Origin: a virus
Taxonomy: Duplodnaviria; Heunggongvirae; Uroviricota; Caudoviricetes
DNA length: 44,927 nt
Virus record (IMG/VR): IMGVR_UViG_3300029570_000316
Reading direction: 5' to 3' (one strand)
This document shows positions 1 to 8,633 of the stretch, piece by piece. Made by a program: the position numbers and the translations under genes. How positions within the stretch are numbered: position 1 is the stretch's first letter; every line of letters begins with the position of its first letter. The notes under the pieces are model-generated. The model was given only the letters and a program-made list of their open reading frames with translations, searched no databases and was not told where the DNA came from.

Positions 1-814
1 TCTTGGTTGTTGTTCTTTCCAAAGGATAGCCACTCTTCATAAAGTCACTAATTCCTATGTAAGTTCGCTGTAAATCTTTCTCATCGTCCTTCAGGTCTTC
101 CGTTGCGTTGATAGCCGCCTCATTCAAAGTCTGTTCGTCAAAGACACCTTTTCTTACCTTATCGAAATAAGAAAGAATTTCTTTTGTCATCAAATGGTCA
201 GCCAATCTCTTGAAATCCTTATCCATCACTAATGCCATGAAATCATAAGAATTTTCAAAGGCCAAGATAGGAGCAAAGTCCTTGAACGCTTGCATTAAGT
301 TAACGTGCAATTCTTCAAACAGCTTACGGATGATATTCTCGTAAGTTCCCAAACAAAGGTTGGTCAGATTGTACAGGATGATTGCATTTGCATAAACTCC
401 CGATTTTTCACCAATTCCTAAGTTCTGTAACCTCACCGCAAGCTTATCTCGCAACTTGTATAAGTCTTCACTAATCTTGTCATAGAACGTCATTGCGAAT
501 TCGTTATTGAAATCTGCATTAGGAACATAAGCGTCATAATACTTAATCACCTTGCGAAGGTTCTTCTTGCAGTCTACCCACTTCTTCTTAACTTCAAACC
601 TAACGCATTTCTTCTTCAGAATACTCTTTTCGATTTTCTGCATGAAGCACTCTGCCAACACCATTTCAACATAGACATATTGCTGAAGATAACCTCTAGT
701 AATAACCATAACCTTGTTTACTTCTGTTTCGGTCATTCCATTCGGAACACTGATAATTATCTTCTTACCACCTACGTTCAATAAGACTCTTCGGAAACAA
801 TTTACACTAGGCAT
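1..814 (-). CDS. Phage hypothetical protein, partial (runs off the left edge)
   Basis: ATG at 814 (MPSVNCFRRVLLNVGG...) overlaps the stop of ORF 807-1103; frame open to the window edge by manual translation; not in the ORF track. Confidence 0.7.
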   Translation of the reverse strand, partial: MPSVNCFRRVLLNVGGKKIIISVPNGMTETEVNKVMVITRGYLQQYVYVEMVLAECFMQKIEKSILKKKCVRFEVKKKWVDCKKNLRKVIKYYDAYVPNADFNNEFAMTFYDKISEDLYKLRDKLAVRLQNLGIGEKSGVYANAIILYNLTNLCLGTYENIIRKLFEELHVNLMQAFKDFAPILAFENSYDFMALVMDKDFKRLADHLMTKEILSYFDKVRKGVFDEQTLNEAAINATEDLKDDEKDLQRTYIGISDFMKSGYPLERTTTK

Positions 815-1103
815 GATGCTTTCTGTTTGAATATTCTACTACCTTATTATAGCACTCCGTTCTCACCAAATCCTCGACCCGATTCAATGTGCAAGCCTCA
901 TGAGTATCATTCATATTGACTTGTGGACAGCAAATCTGATAAAAAAACTTTGTTCTGATGGTAAAACCAAAGAACTTGATTTGCTCCTTGAATACCCGAC
1001 CGGACACCACCTTATCAAGTTTCTTCTTGCCATCGAAGAGATTCAAACTCTCTTCTCTACGATATACAATATCGGTCTTAACCGAAAAAATCTTTCCGAA
1101 CAT
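807..1103 (-). CDS. Phage hypothetical protein (98 aa)
   Basis: ORF in a tightly packed leftward gene run. Confidence 0.65.
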   Translation of the reverse strand: MFGKIFSVKTDIVYRREESLNLFDGKKKLDKVVSGRVFKEQIKFFGFTIRTKFFYQICCPQVNMNDTHEACTLNRVEDLVRTECYNKVVEYSNRKHHA

Positions 1104-1105
1104 AA

Positions 1106-1453
1106 CTATTCCTCCAAATTCCTAAGCGTTTCCAAACTCTCATCATTATCAACATCATAGCCGATACGATATTCGTTACCAATTCTTGCACCAATGTATA
1201 CCTCTTCGGCATCCAAGATATAACGGGACATCTGTTCACGAACCTTTATCTGTTCTTCATTCAACCCAAGTACATCAAAGCACTCTTCCTGCAATGACTT
1301 ATATGGTTTCGTTCCCATATATGAGACATAAGCCAGCTTGCCTTCCTGATGCAATGGCTCCCACTTCTCCCACCAATGGTTGCGATACTCCAAGATACCT
1401 CTTTCTACTCCATCGGCACAAACATATTTAACTATTCGTATTCTCATTATCAA
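1106..1453 (-). CDS. Phage hypothetical protein (~113-115 aa)
   Basis: Packed leftward ORF with protein-like composition. Confidence 0.7.
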   Translation of the reverse strand: MIMRIRIVKYVCADGVERGILEYRNHWWEKWEPLHQEGKLAYVSYMGTKPYKSLQEECFDVLGLNEEQIKVREQMSRYILDAEEVYIGARIGNEYRIGYDVDNDESLETLRNLEE

Positions 1454-1616
1454 CCTTTTTTAAAACAACTTTAACTGTCTTTCCTTGGCACTTGAACACA
1501 CGAGACTTAATCTTGTATGTAAGATTGTTAATTACGACTTTATCCCCTACACAAGGCATAAAATGGAAATCGTAATTTTTCAAAATGATACTGCCTTCAT
1601 ACTCGAATTCAACCAT
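1428..1616 (-). CDS. Phage hypothetical protein (62 aa)
   Basis: Overlaps both neighbours, suggesting translational coupling. Confidence 0.65.
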   Translation of the reverse strand: MVEFEYEGSIILKNYDFHFMPCVGDKVVINNLTYKIKSRVFKCQGKTVKVVLKKVDNENTNS

Positions 1617-1842
1617 TTTTCTGCTCTCCTAATGTTTCCCTATATTTATCTAACATTATTGAATTAATCTCAGACCAAAAAGTTACAATTACGCCTTCGA
1701 AATCAACATTATGTTCATGTGCTATAAAATTTACAGCACTGACAAAATCAAAATAGCCTTCAATCGTCTCTTGTGTACCTGTACATGTACATGTTATGCC
1801 ATTCTTGACATACTTAGCCACAAAATAATAGCATTTCTTCAT
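1609..1842 (-). CDS. Phage hypothetical protein (77 aa)
   Basis: Start overlaps the stop of the XRE gene. Confidence 0.65.
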   Translation of the reverse strand: MKKCYYFVAKYVKNGITCTCTGTQETIEGYFDFVSAVNFIAHEHNVDFEGVIVTFWSEINSIMLDKYRETLGEQKNG

Positions 1843-2129
1843 CGCAACAACTCCCTAATAAATTCGTTACGCATCGGCTCAACGATGCTTGTGTACAAAC
1901 TCTGCTTATCTTCGGGAATGTCATCCGGTGTAATAGAGAACATCAACAAATAAGACATCGGAATCTTCAATACCTTGCATATTGCATCAATCTTACTCTT
2001 ACGTGGAAACGTTCTTCCGGTCTCCATAAACAACATATTTGTCTCACTACAACCGATAGCCTTACCAAGTTGTCGTTGGGTCAAGCCCTTGCTTACCCTC
2101 ATTGTCTTAATCGCCTTTCCTAAATCCAT
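1839..2129 (-). CDS. XRE/Cro-CI family helix-turn-helix regulator
   Basis: LGKAIKTMRVSKGLTQRQLGKAIGCSETNMLFMETGRTFP is a typical HTH_3 pattern. Confidence 0.9.
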   Translation of the reverse strand: MDLGKAIKTMRVSKGLTQRQLGKAIGCSETNMLFMETGRTFPRKSKIDAICKVLKIPMSYLLMFSITPDDIPEDKQSLYTSIVEPMRNEFIRELLR

Positions 2130-2137
2130 TTAACCTC

Positions 2138-2449
2138 CTATTTTAAATTTTCAAATCTATTCTTAATTGCAATCATGGCATCATTGACACCATCCTTATA
2201 TCCAACAGAATACAAGGAACAATCCTCTTCGCTCGGTTTTCCGGTTTTTGATTTCAAAAACTCTTCTATCTCACGGAAACCATACTCCAAGAATCTGAGA
2301 AACATAGCGTTCTTCGTGATAGCTGGTCGTAGAACATCTTTAACCCAATCCCAGCCATCACCATAACCCAAAGTGAAACTAGAATTATTACAATATCTCA
2401 CTTTCGGCTCATCCAACCATTGTTTTATTATTTCCTTTTTTGTCATCAT
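2138..2449 (-). CDS. Phage hypothetical protein (103 aa)
   Basis: First gene after the promoter at 2511-2520; GYxDG motif occurs twice. Confidence 0.7.
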   Translation of the reverse strand: MMTKKEIIKQWLDEPKVRYCNNSSFTLGYGDGWDWVKDVLRPAITKNAMFLRFLEYGFREIEEFLKSKTGKPSEEDCSLYSVGYKDGVNDAMIAIKNRFENLK

Positions 2450-2452
2450 TCC

Positions 2453-2480
2453 CAGTTTTTATGGTGTGTCTCACCTTTTT
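2453..2480 (-). promoter_or_regulatory. Leader motif GGTGAGACACACC-NNAANAACTG, copy 1 of 5
   Basis: Exact 13-mer at 2463-2475; also at 9240, 14213, 39792 and 43928. Confidence 0.8.
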
Positions 2481-2510
2481 AAAATTAGTAACCTTGTTTC
2501 TTAATTGCAA

Positions 2511-2558
2511 TGCAAAGATACAAAGAATATTCAAAACATGCAAGCATTTTAATGTGTT
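2511..2558 (-). promoter_or_regulatory. Bacteroidota sigma-A type promoter (early class)
   Basis: -7 TATCTTTG(CA) at 2511-2520, -33-like TTGCA, and upstream AACACATTAAAA at 2547-2558. Confidence 0.75.
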
Positions 2559-2703
2559 TCTTTATTTTATTAATGTATTTTAATTATTTAATATAGTTTC
2601 TACCATTTATTTTAAACTTTTTACATTTTTCTCTTTCTCAAACACTCTTTCTACTATCACCTTTATCCTTAATTTCGTCTTACTATGTTCTTTAACGTGT
2701 GCC

Positions 2704-2865
2704 TTACGCTTTGTAGTTTTTGCACCTTGCAGCAATTTCTGTCAGTCGCTTCCCTTGTACTTTCGTAGTGCTACCTTTCTTGCATATCAAGACATTTCCT
2801 ATACTTGAATCTTGTATTTCCAAGAAATGGACGCAACAAAAACAACTTCTAAAATTCTTATCCAT
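2704..2865 (-). CDS. Small Cys-rich (putative Zn-binding) protein, 53 aa
   Basis: ATG at 2865 (MDKNFRSCFCCVHF...ICKK...ARCKNY) overlaps the upstream stop. Confidence 0.6.
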   Translation of the reverse strand: MDKNFRSCFCCVHFLEIQDSSIGNVLICKKGSTTKVQGKRLTEIAARCKNYKA

Positions 2866-3136
2866 TTGACATTTCCTTTTTAAGTTTCTTTCTTTGAGCC
2901 AAAAACATAACAATCTCCTCGAAATCATCGCAATTCAAGAGCATTTGTCCAACCTGCCATTCCGCTGCTTTCTGCTTGGCATCCTCCATGCCCTTTGCTA
3001 AGAATGTGATTTTCTTGTCTTGGCTTCGATTCTCTACAGTAACTTCAAGTGTACCATATTCAAGTTCGGTAGTCTTCATACTGAGACCTTCATCAAATAT
3101 CCTCAACAAATGATTAAAAAGATTACTTCTTTCCAT
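2858..3136 (-). CDS. Phage hypothetical protein (92 aa)
   Basis: Coupled leftward ORF. Confidence 0.7.
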   Translation of the reverse strand: MERSNLFNHLLRIFDEGLSMKTTELEYGTLEVTVENRSQDKKITFLAKGMEDAKQKAAEWQVGQMLLNCDDFEEIVMFLAQRKKLKKEMSNG

Positions 3137-3521
3137 GTTTCAACCTTTCGTTTTCTTGTTTCAACAAATCCTCAAACTCCTTACGCTTTGCTCGCATATT
3201 CTCGAACCATTTACTTGGTGTTATAGGACACCCCATAAGCCAATGGTCGAAGTTTGGAATAGGCAAATTGAACTCACTAGCTTCAATAGTATAATCATAC
3301 CATTTCAGCAACTCTTCCTCTGGAGCATCCTTGTCTATATCAGTTACAATAGTAGCCATATCGAAGGTAAAATCACCGCAATTGGCTATTCCTCCAACTT
3401 GGTCTCCTATCCAAAATGTCTCCGGATTATCCAATCCGTAAAACTCATGCTTCTCACAAAATGCCTTCAAATAAGCATTGCAAGCATTCTCGTAATCTTT
3501 CTTTAATTTCACCTTATTCAT
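3123..3521 (-). CDS. Phage hypothetical protein (132 aa)
   Basis: Likely start is the ATG at 3521 (MNKVKL), just after the upstream stop at 3523. Confidence 0.7.
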   Translation of the reverse strand: MNKVKLKKDYENACNAYLKAFCEKHEFYGLDNPETFWIGDQVGGIANCGDFTFDMATIVTDIDKDAPEEELLKWYDYTIEASEFNLPIPNFDHWLMGCPITPSKWFENMRAKRKEFEDLLKQENERLKHGKK

Positions 3522-3522
3522 A

Positions 3523-3792
3523 TCACATATTCTTAAAAAGTTTCTTAATCTCGCTCTTCTCCACCTTAGGATGGGAGCACGTAACAACTTGCGTACTTGG
3601 GTCATGTCTTACCTGCCATTCGCAAGTATTACACCCCAAATCACCAACTTTATTAATTGCATTGGTGTATCTGCCTTTCTCACCATAGGGGCAATCGGTA
3701 ACAAAATCCTTTCGTCCCCAGATGTACTCATCTATCTTGTATGAGATAGCATTTGCTTTCTCCTTTTTCTCGTTATTATTCAAAAACATCAT
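3523..3792 (-). CDS. Cys-containing phage hypothetical protein (~89 aa)
   Basis: CPY...CNTC...CSH residues; likely start 3792. Confidence 0.65.
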   Translation of the reverse strand: MMFLNNNEKKEKANAISYKIDEYIWGRKDFVTDCPYGEKGRYTNAINKVGDLGCNTCEWQVRHDPSTQVVTCSHPKVEKSEIKKLFKNM

Positions 3793-3803
3793 ATCATCAA
3801 TAT

Positions 3804-4853
3804 TTAAAACAGACATAGCTGACCATCATCAGCAACCTTTAAATTGTTCTCAGGAAACCAAAGTTCCTCTAATATCCTTTCCATGCATGCTACAACAATC
3901 GAATTTCCAGCTGCTTTTTGAAGACTTGACTTCGACACACCACTTTCAAGCATTCTGTCTATGTATTCTTCGTCAACATCCATCAAACGAAAAAGTTCTC
4001 TCGGAGTCAAACGCCTAATGCGCAACCTTGTCTCTCTAAGCACAACCAAGGAGTCCTTGCTCGCAGATGTAATGGTATTGGCTATATTCTTTCCAAGCTC
4101 AACCTTTGGGCTATGCTTTTCGCCTTTTATCCACTTCCCTTCAGAACGAGTTCTTATAGCTGCGCTCATAGGCTCTTTCCATTTATTTGATACGAACTTC
4201 TCTTTACATAGCAGGGCATCGCTCAAAAAGTATTTCTCATCCACATTTTCCTCCAAGACATCAACTAAGTGTTTCTCCAGCTTTATCTTTCTCGGAAAAT
4301 GATAATCTATCTTATCACCATCGTTTCGTATAGAGAGCATGAAGACACGCTTTCTACTCTGAGGAACACCGCAATCTGCGGCATTTATCACCTTAGCGAA
4401 GTTGATATATCCATATGATTCCAACTCCTTGCGCCACTTATTGAAGTAGCCGATGAACTTGTCTTGAACCAAAGCCTCAACATTCTCCATCAAGAGGTAT
4501 TTCGGTCTCTTGGTAATAATGGCGTTTCTTGTAAACCAAAGGATAGAGGAACGTGTATTGCTTCCCTCCTCTATTCCTTTCTGCTTTCCGGCTTGCGAAA
4601 CAGACTGACAAGGTGTTGAATACGTCAGTAAGTCAAAGTCTTTAACCTTACTCCAATCTATCGTTGTCATATCACCGAAATTCTTGCCGGACAGACTAGG
4701 AAAGCAAGCATTATGCAAGGCTATTGCACTTGGCTCTATCTCAGACCATCCGATACACTCGTAATCGAAATCAGAATATTTCTTCTTCAGTCGCTCCAAA
4801 GCCATCAGTTGAGAGTCATATCCGGCACATAGTTCAAATGTCCGTATCTTCAT
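3804..4853 (-). CDS. DNA (cytosine-5)-methyltransferase, solitary
   Basis: Motif I FELCAG, IV TPCQ, VI ENV, VIII PQSRKR, IX RRLTPRE, X AGNS. Confidence 0.95.
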   Translation of the reverse strand: MKIRTFELCAGYDSQLMALERLKKKYSDFDYECIGWSEIEPSAIALHNACFPSLSGKNFGDMTTIDWSKVKDFDLLTYSTPCQSVSQAGKQKGIEEGSNTRSSILWFTRNAIITKRPKYLLMENVEALVQDKFIGYFNKWRKELESYGYINFAKVINAADCGVPQSRKRVFMLSIRNDGDKIDYHFPRKIKLEKHLVDVLEENVDEKYFLSDALLCKEKFVSNKWKEPMSAAIRTRSEGKWIKGEKHSPKVELGKNIANTITSASKDSLVVLRETRLRIRRLTPRELFRLMDVDEEYIDRMLESGVSKSSLQKAAGNSIVVACMERILEELWFPENNLKVADDGQLCLF

Positions 4854-4857
4854 TTCT

Positions 4858-5583
4858 CTAAGCTTTTGAATTAACTCTTAACCCTGCCTTAATCTCGGCA
4901 GCTATTCTACCTTCGTTTGCCAATCTGTCGCAAAGCTCATTGTACTCTACTCCTGTATGGCTCTTCACCTTGCGCCAAGTGATGTGTGCTACATGAGCGG
5001 AATGCTTTCTAAACTTCTCCATCAAATCTAAGTTCTTGTGTGCAGAATAAACACCGCTCAAAGTCTTAAGTGCATATTGGCTATCACTATGAACCGTCAC
5101 AACCGCACCTTGTGGGCAATGACCAACACCACAAATGATTGCCAAAAGCTCCATACGGCTAATTGTCGTGTCTATAGTTCCGTAGTTTCCCTGCTTATAC
5201 ACCTTGCCTTCGTGTAAAATTACATAGGCAGCACCACCAGTGTACTTTCTTCGCTTGGTATCAGTCCTAAGTACCGCAGAACCATCTGTCCACACTTCGT
5301 AGCAGCCGTGCATCTTCTCTTCCTTGGTCTTGAACTTGAAACCATGTTTGCGGTAAGTCTGACTTGGATTTTTCAAGGAATTCCATTTCTTGACCAAATC
5401 CTCCCATTTCTTAGGGACTTTACCACTTGGCAGCAACCATCCGACATCATCGAAGCGACCATAAAGCCACTTTAGGTTGTCTTTCATAAAACCTGCCATC
5501 GAGCAATACATTGCAAACTCTTCATAAGTTGGTTTTGCAACGTTTCTGTGCTCATCGCCCTCTTTCTGTTTTCTTTCTCCCAT
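4858..5583 (-). CDS. RNase HI with an N-terminal phage replication-protein-like domain
   Basis: WTDGS, RMELLA, HSDSQY and VKSH...NELCDRLA catalytic motifs; N-terminal PTYEEF...GW...W...W segment. Confidence 0.9.
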   Translation of the reverse strand: MGERKQKEGDEHRNVAKPTYEEFAMYCSMAGFMKDNLKWLYGRFDDVGWLLPSGKVPKKWEDLVKKWNSLKNPSQTYRKHGFKFKTKEEKMHGCYEVWTDGSAVLRTDTKRRKYTGGAAYVILHEGKVYKQGNYGTIDTTISRMELLAIICGVGHCPQGAVVTVHSDSQYALKTLSGVYSAHKNLDLMEKFRKHSAHVAHITWRKVKSHTGVEYNELCDRLANEGRIAAEIKAGLRVNSKA

Positions 5584-5734
5584 AGCTTCTTTCTTTTCTT
5601 AGTTTCTTTAATCAACCTCACAACACATACGAGTAGTTTATATACATAAGTGAAATATACTTCGTATATTCCCCTTAACTCTACAAGCTCCCTTACGCAC
5701 GCAGGTTATTTATAGATTCTCTCGTCTACTATTA

Positions 5735-6559
5735 TTACGTTCGATTTTTTACCCACTTCATCTTTCGCTCAATAATTTTTGGGTTTGTTCCACTCTTCGA
5801 CTTAGATACTTGGCTTTTTAGGACTTTGTATTTGTTAGCGCATCGCAGTTGACCCTTTCGATATTTTGCCGAAATGATGATAAGATTTCCGAACGCATCA
5901 TAATAATGCCAATTGTTAGTACAAGCACATGCGTCTACTCCGACTTCTGTACATTGGACTATTTTTTTTACCGCACCAGACTTAACAAGCTTCTTGATAG
6001 TCTTCCCAACTTGGTATCTAGTTGAACAGGTATCTTTCATCATGCTGGTGTATGAATAACTTGTGTACTTTTCATTGAATGGTCTTTCCAACATACGAGC
6101 TTCCGTTTTTTTGGCACTACGTACACTTTTAATCGTATTTCCATTGACGGCTCTACAATGCGTATTGGAGACATTTTCAATGACATTGATTTTATTACTC
6201 ACAACGACATCACACAAGAGACTTCTCAACTGAGGCAAGGTTAGTTTGGTTATCTCGCATCGTCTTGTCTTGTAGCTGTACTGGAAACTATCATATAACT
6301 TGTTCGCTATGATTCTCTTTACTCCGAACTTGTTAGTTTCAATTCTACAATATCCAAATTTGACTGATAAATCTAAATATTGTTTGAAATCTTTCTTGTT
6401 GTAACCCATCGCTTTAGCTGCTTGATTTGTAGAGCCAAAATGAAGGTCGGATGCACGGAATAGAAATTTTATCTTTAAAGCAAAACAAAATCCCACCAAG
6501 CGATCCTTGTCGCCCAGTGCAATAGTAGCTTGCTTGATTCCAATTCTAATCTGATGCAT
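5735..6559 (-). CDS. Basic DNA-binding protein, putative replication initiator
   Basis: 274 aa, Lys/Arg-rich, wHTH-like SYTSMMKDTCSTRYQVGKTIKKLVKSG; lies upstream of the RNase H gene; function inferred. Confidence 0.5.
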   Translation of the reverse strand: MHQIRIGIKQATIALGDKDRLVGFCFALKIKFLFRASDLHFGSTNQAAKAMGYNKKDFKQYLDLSVKFGYCRIETNKFGVKRIIANKLYDSFQYSYKTRRCEITKLTLPQLRSLLCDVVVSNKINVIENVSNTHCRAVNGNTIKSVRSAKKTEARMLERPFNEKYTSYSYTSMMKDTCSTRYQVGKTIKKLVKSGAVKKIVQCTEVGVDACACTNNWHYYDAFGNLIIISAKYRKGQLRCANKYKVLKSQVSKSKSGTNPKIIERKMKWVKNRT

Positions 6560-6675
6560 AATAACTAGTTTCCTTATTTGTTTAACTTATTTTGTGTTTC
6601 GCTTACTCCAACAATTTTATAGCCCATTGCTAACTTAGAGCTATCTAAGGATGTTTCAACTCAAAATAAGGATTC

Positions 6676-6800
6676 TAAAAAGAAATCCTTACCCTTCATT
6701 CGTCTGACACCGAAATCTAGGTAAGGATTATCGTGGTATGGCTTTCGCCACGGAAAATCTTATTGATTCTTGTAAGCGTGTCAGCACCAACAAAGCACGC
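6676..6800 (-). ncRNA. Structured cis-regulatory leader (attenuator-like)
   Basis: 5' hairpin GCGUG/CACGC, GGC-GAAA-GCC hairpin, 10-bp terminator stem AAUCCUUACC/GGUAAGGAUU followed by a U tract, and CUGACAC/GUGUCAG complementarity. Confidence 0.6.
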
Positions 6801-6847
6801 TGCAAAGATACTAATTTATTTTCAAACTGCAAGGGTTTTAATGTGTT
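6801..6847 (-). promoter_or_regulatory. Bacteroidota promoter (early class)
   Basis: TATCTTTGCA at 6801-6810; AACACATTAAAA at 6836-6847. Confidence 0.75.
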
Positions 6848-7053
6848 CTTCTGCTCTTATTGCGCATTTTTAACACACAACACAATTTTAGTTACGTATG
6901 TAAAACTACAAATACATTAAACCGCTTGCAAATTTAACATTTAACACTCTAAGGCATTTTCAAGACAAAAAAAAGAGCAACCACCATCACTGGCAGCTGC
7001 TCCATAAGTTGTTACCTTAAACCAATCTAAAACCTTAATAACTAAAAACCAAC

Positions 7054-7647
7054 CTAATAAAATAACTTTTTCTTATATTTTACCGTGAGAAAGAAAATCA
7101 TTGTAACCAGCATCAAGGAAACGACCCAAAAGGAAATCATACCGAATTTCCAATAGAACAAATCCCATCCCTCCAAGTCTTTCTCAATATATTCCTTTTT
7201 GGTCTGGGCGATACTCAATTCTCTGTTTAGGCTATCCCTCTGAGCCTTATATATACTCGCTCGCTCTGCTATCTCCATATAATGAATAAGGCTATCACGA
7301 ACCTTGGATAGTTCCTTGCTGTCCCTGTATCTAATCTCTATATGAGTAGAATCCTTACCTAGCACCTTACCACTCTCATCTACCCTTGTCTTGACATCAT
7401 CCTTGATGTATGTGGAATCCTTAACCTGTTTTTCGGTCTGCTCCCAATGATAAGATAGCAAGCTGTCCCGAATAAGCTTGACCCTTTCGTTGATAATTGA
7501 GTCCCAATGGGCGTAAGTAGTAGTGTCTCGCACCACCTTTTCCACTTCTACATATCTTGTTGTCCGGCATCCGTACATCATCAGCATGATGAAGAAACCT
7601 ACCAATATGGTAACGAGCCAACGCCACCAGTCAAATCTAAGCTCCAT
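7054..7647 (-). CDS. Lipoprotein with C-terminal TM segment, candidate unimolecular spanin
   Basis: Hydrophobic signal ending MMYG-C, C-terminal TM (FGMISFWVVSLMLVTMIFFLTV), directly downstream of the endolysin; start 7647. Confidence 0.7.
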   Translation of the reverse strand: MELRFDWWRWLVTILVGFFIMLMMYGCRTTRYVEVEKVVRDTTTYAHWDSIINERVKLIRDSLLSYHWEQTEKQVKDSTYIKDDVKTRVDESGKVLGKDSTHIEIRYRDSKELSKVRDSLIHYMEIAERASIYKAQRDSLNRELSIAQTKKEYIEKDLEGWDLFYWKFGMISFWVVSLMLVTMIFFLTVKYKKKLFY

Positions 7648-7808
7648 ATCAACCTCCTTTTTGAGTGCAAAGGTACAAATAAAACCAAAAGGAACGATTT
7701 CTTCGCCCACTCTTTCTTTTTCAAAATTTCAAAAGTGAAGAAAAAACCACCACCCAATTAAGAATGATGGTCTTACTAATGCCTTAGTTGAGCCTGTGTC
7801 TCGTAAGA

Positions 7809-8357
7809 TTACCAAGTGATTATCTTTCCGGTATTACATACGAGCTTTCCGTATTGTATATTTCCAACCCTGCGAAGCCATCCATGCAGGTTCACACTTT
7901 GCTTTGGGTCATTGTTCACAATCGCATTGAGAAAGGCAATTCGTGACACCTTCAGCTTATCGAACAACGCCCATTGACCTTGTTTGTATGAATTGATAGC
8001 AGCTAAGGTCATATTACCCATGATGCCATCAGCTTTTGTTCCTACGATAGTTTGAATCTTTTGTACGGCTCTGCTTACTCCACTATTATAAGCAAAGTCA
8101 ACCAAGAGATTAGCCACAGACTGGTTGTTGATTTGGTCAGCCTTGCAAGCATCCCAATAATATTTCTTGAATATGTGATGCCATTGTTCATCAGTTATCT
8201 TCTTCAAGTCCGATGCAGTCTTACTAGCACCATAAACTTTACGGAACGTCTCTAGAGTCACGCCTTTCATCGTTGCGCCTCCCCTATCACTCTTTTTGTT
8301 AGAATATCCACCCTCGAATGAGAGGATGAATGGTTGTAAAATACTTGAGTCTGCCAT
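7809..8357 (-). CDS. Endolysin, glycosyl hydrolase family 108 with peptidoglycan-binding C-terminus
   Basis: EGGY..D.GG.TMKGVT motif; C-terminal GW..R. Confidence 0.92.
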   Translation of the reverse strand: MADSSILQPFILSFEGGYSNKKSDRGGATMKGVTLETFRKVYGASKTASDLKKITDEQWHHIFKKYYWDACKADQINNQSVANLLVDFAYNSGVSRAVQKIQTIVGTKADGIMGNMTLAAINSYKQGQWALFDKLKVSRIAFLNAIVNNDPKQSVNLHGWLRRVGNIQYGKLVCNTGKIITW

Positions 8358-8360
8358 AGT

Positions 8361-8630
8361 CTATTTGTCGTTTATGTTTTGATGTTCGCCACGTTCCCCT
8401 ATCGTCTTGGTAATGCCAGCCGTGACGAACAAACTAGCTACACTACCAACAAATGCACTTAACCCCATCAAATCGGTTTTGATCGTCCCATAAGTCACCA
8501 CTTCCCACACTAAGATAAAGCAGACAACCAGGAGCATCAAGAGACCTATCAGAGTAACGGACACTAAGAAGAATGCCTTGCTTGAATGTCCGCTATTAAC
8601 TTGTATGAGTAATTTCAGATACTTAACCAT
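8361..8630 (-). CDS. Putative holin (2 TM)
   Basis: 89 aa, two hydrophobic helices, charged C-terminal tail, adjacent to the endolysin. Confidence 0.65.
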   Translation of the reverse strand: MVKYLKLLIQVNSGHSSKAFFLVSVTLIGLLMLLVVCFILVWEVVTYGTIKTDLMGLSAFVGSVASLFVTAGITKTIGERGEHQNINDK

Positions 8631-8633
8631 ATT

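Noticed and set aside
7720..7737. Late box upstream of the spanin promoter (and a similar partial site at 44522-44539)
   Set aside because: Only one half-site matches, so not counted among the boxes
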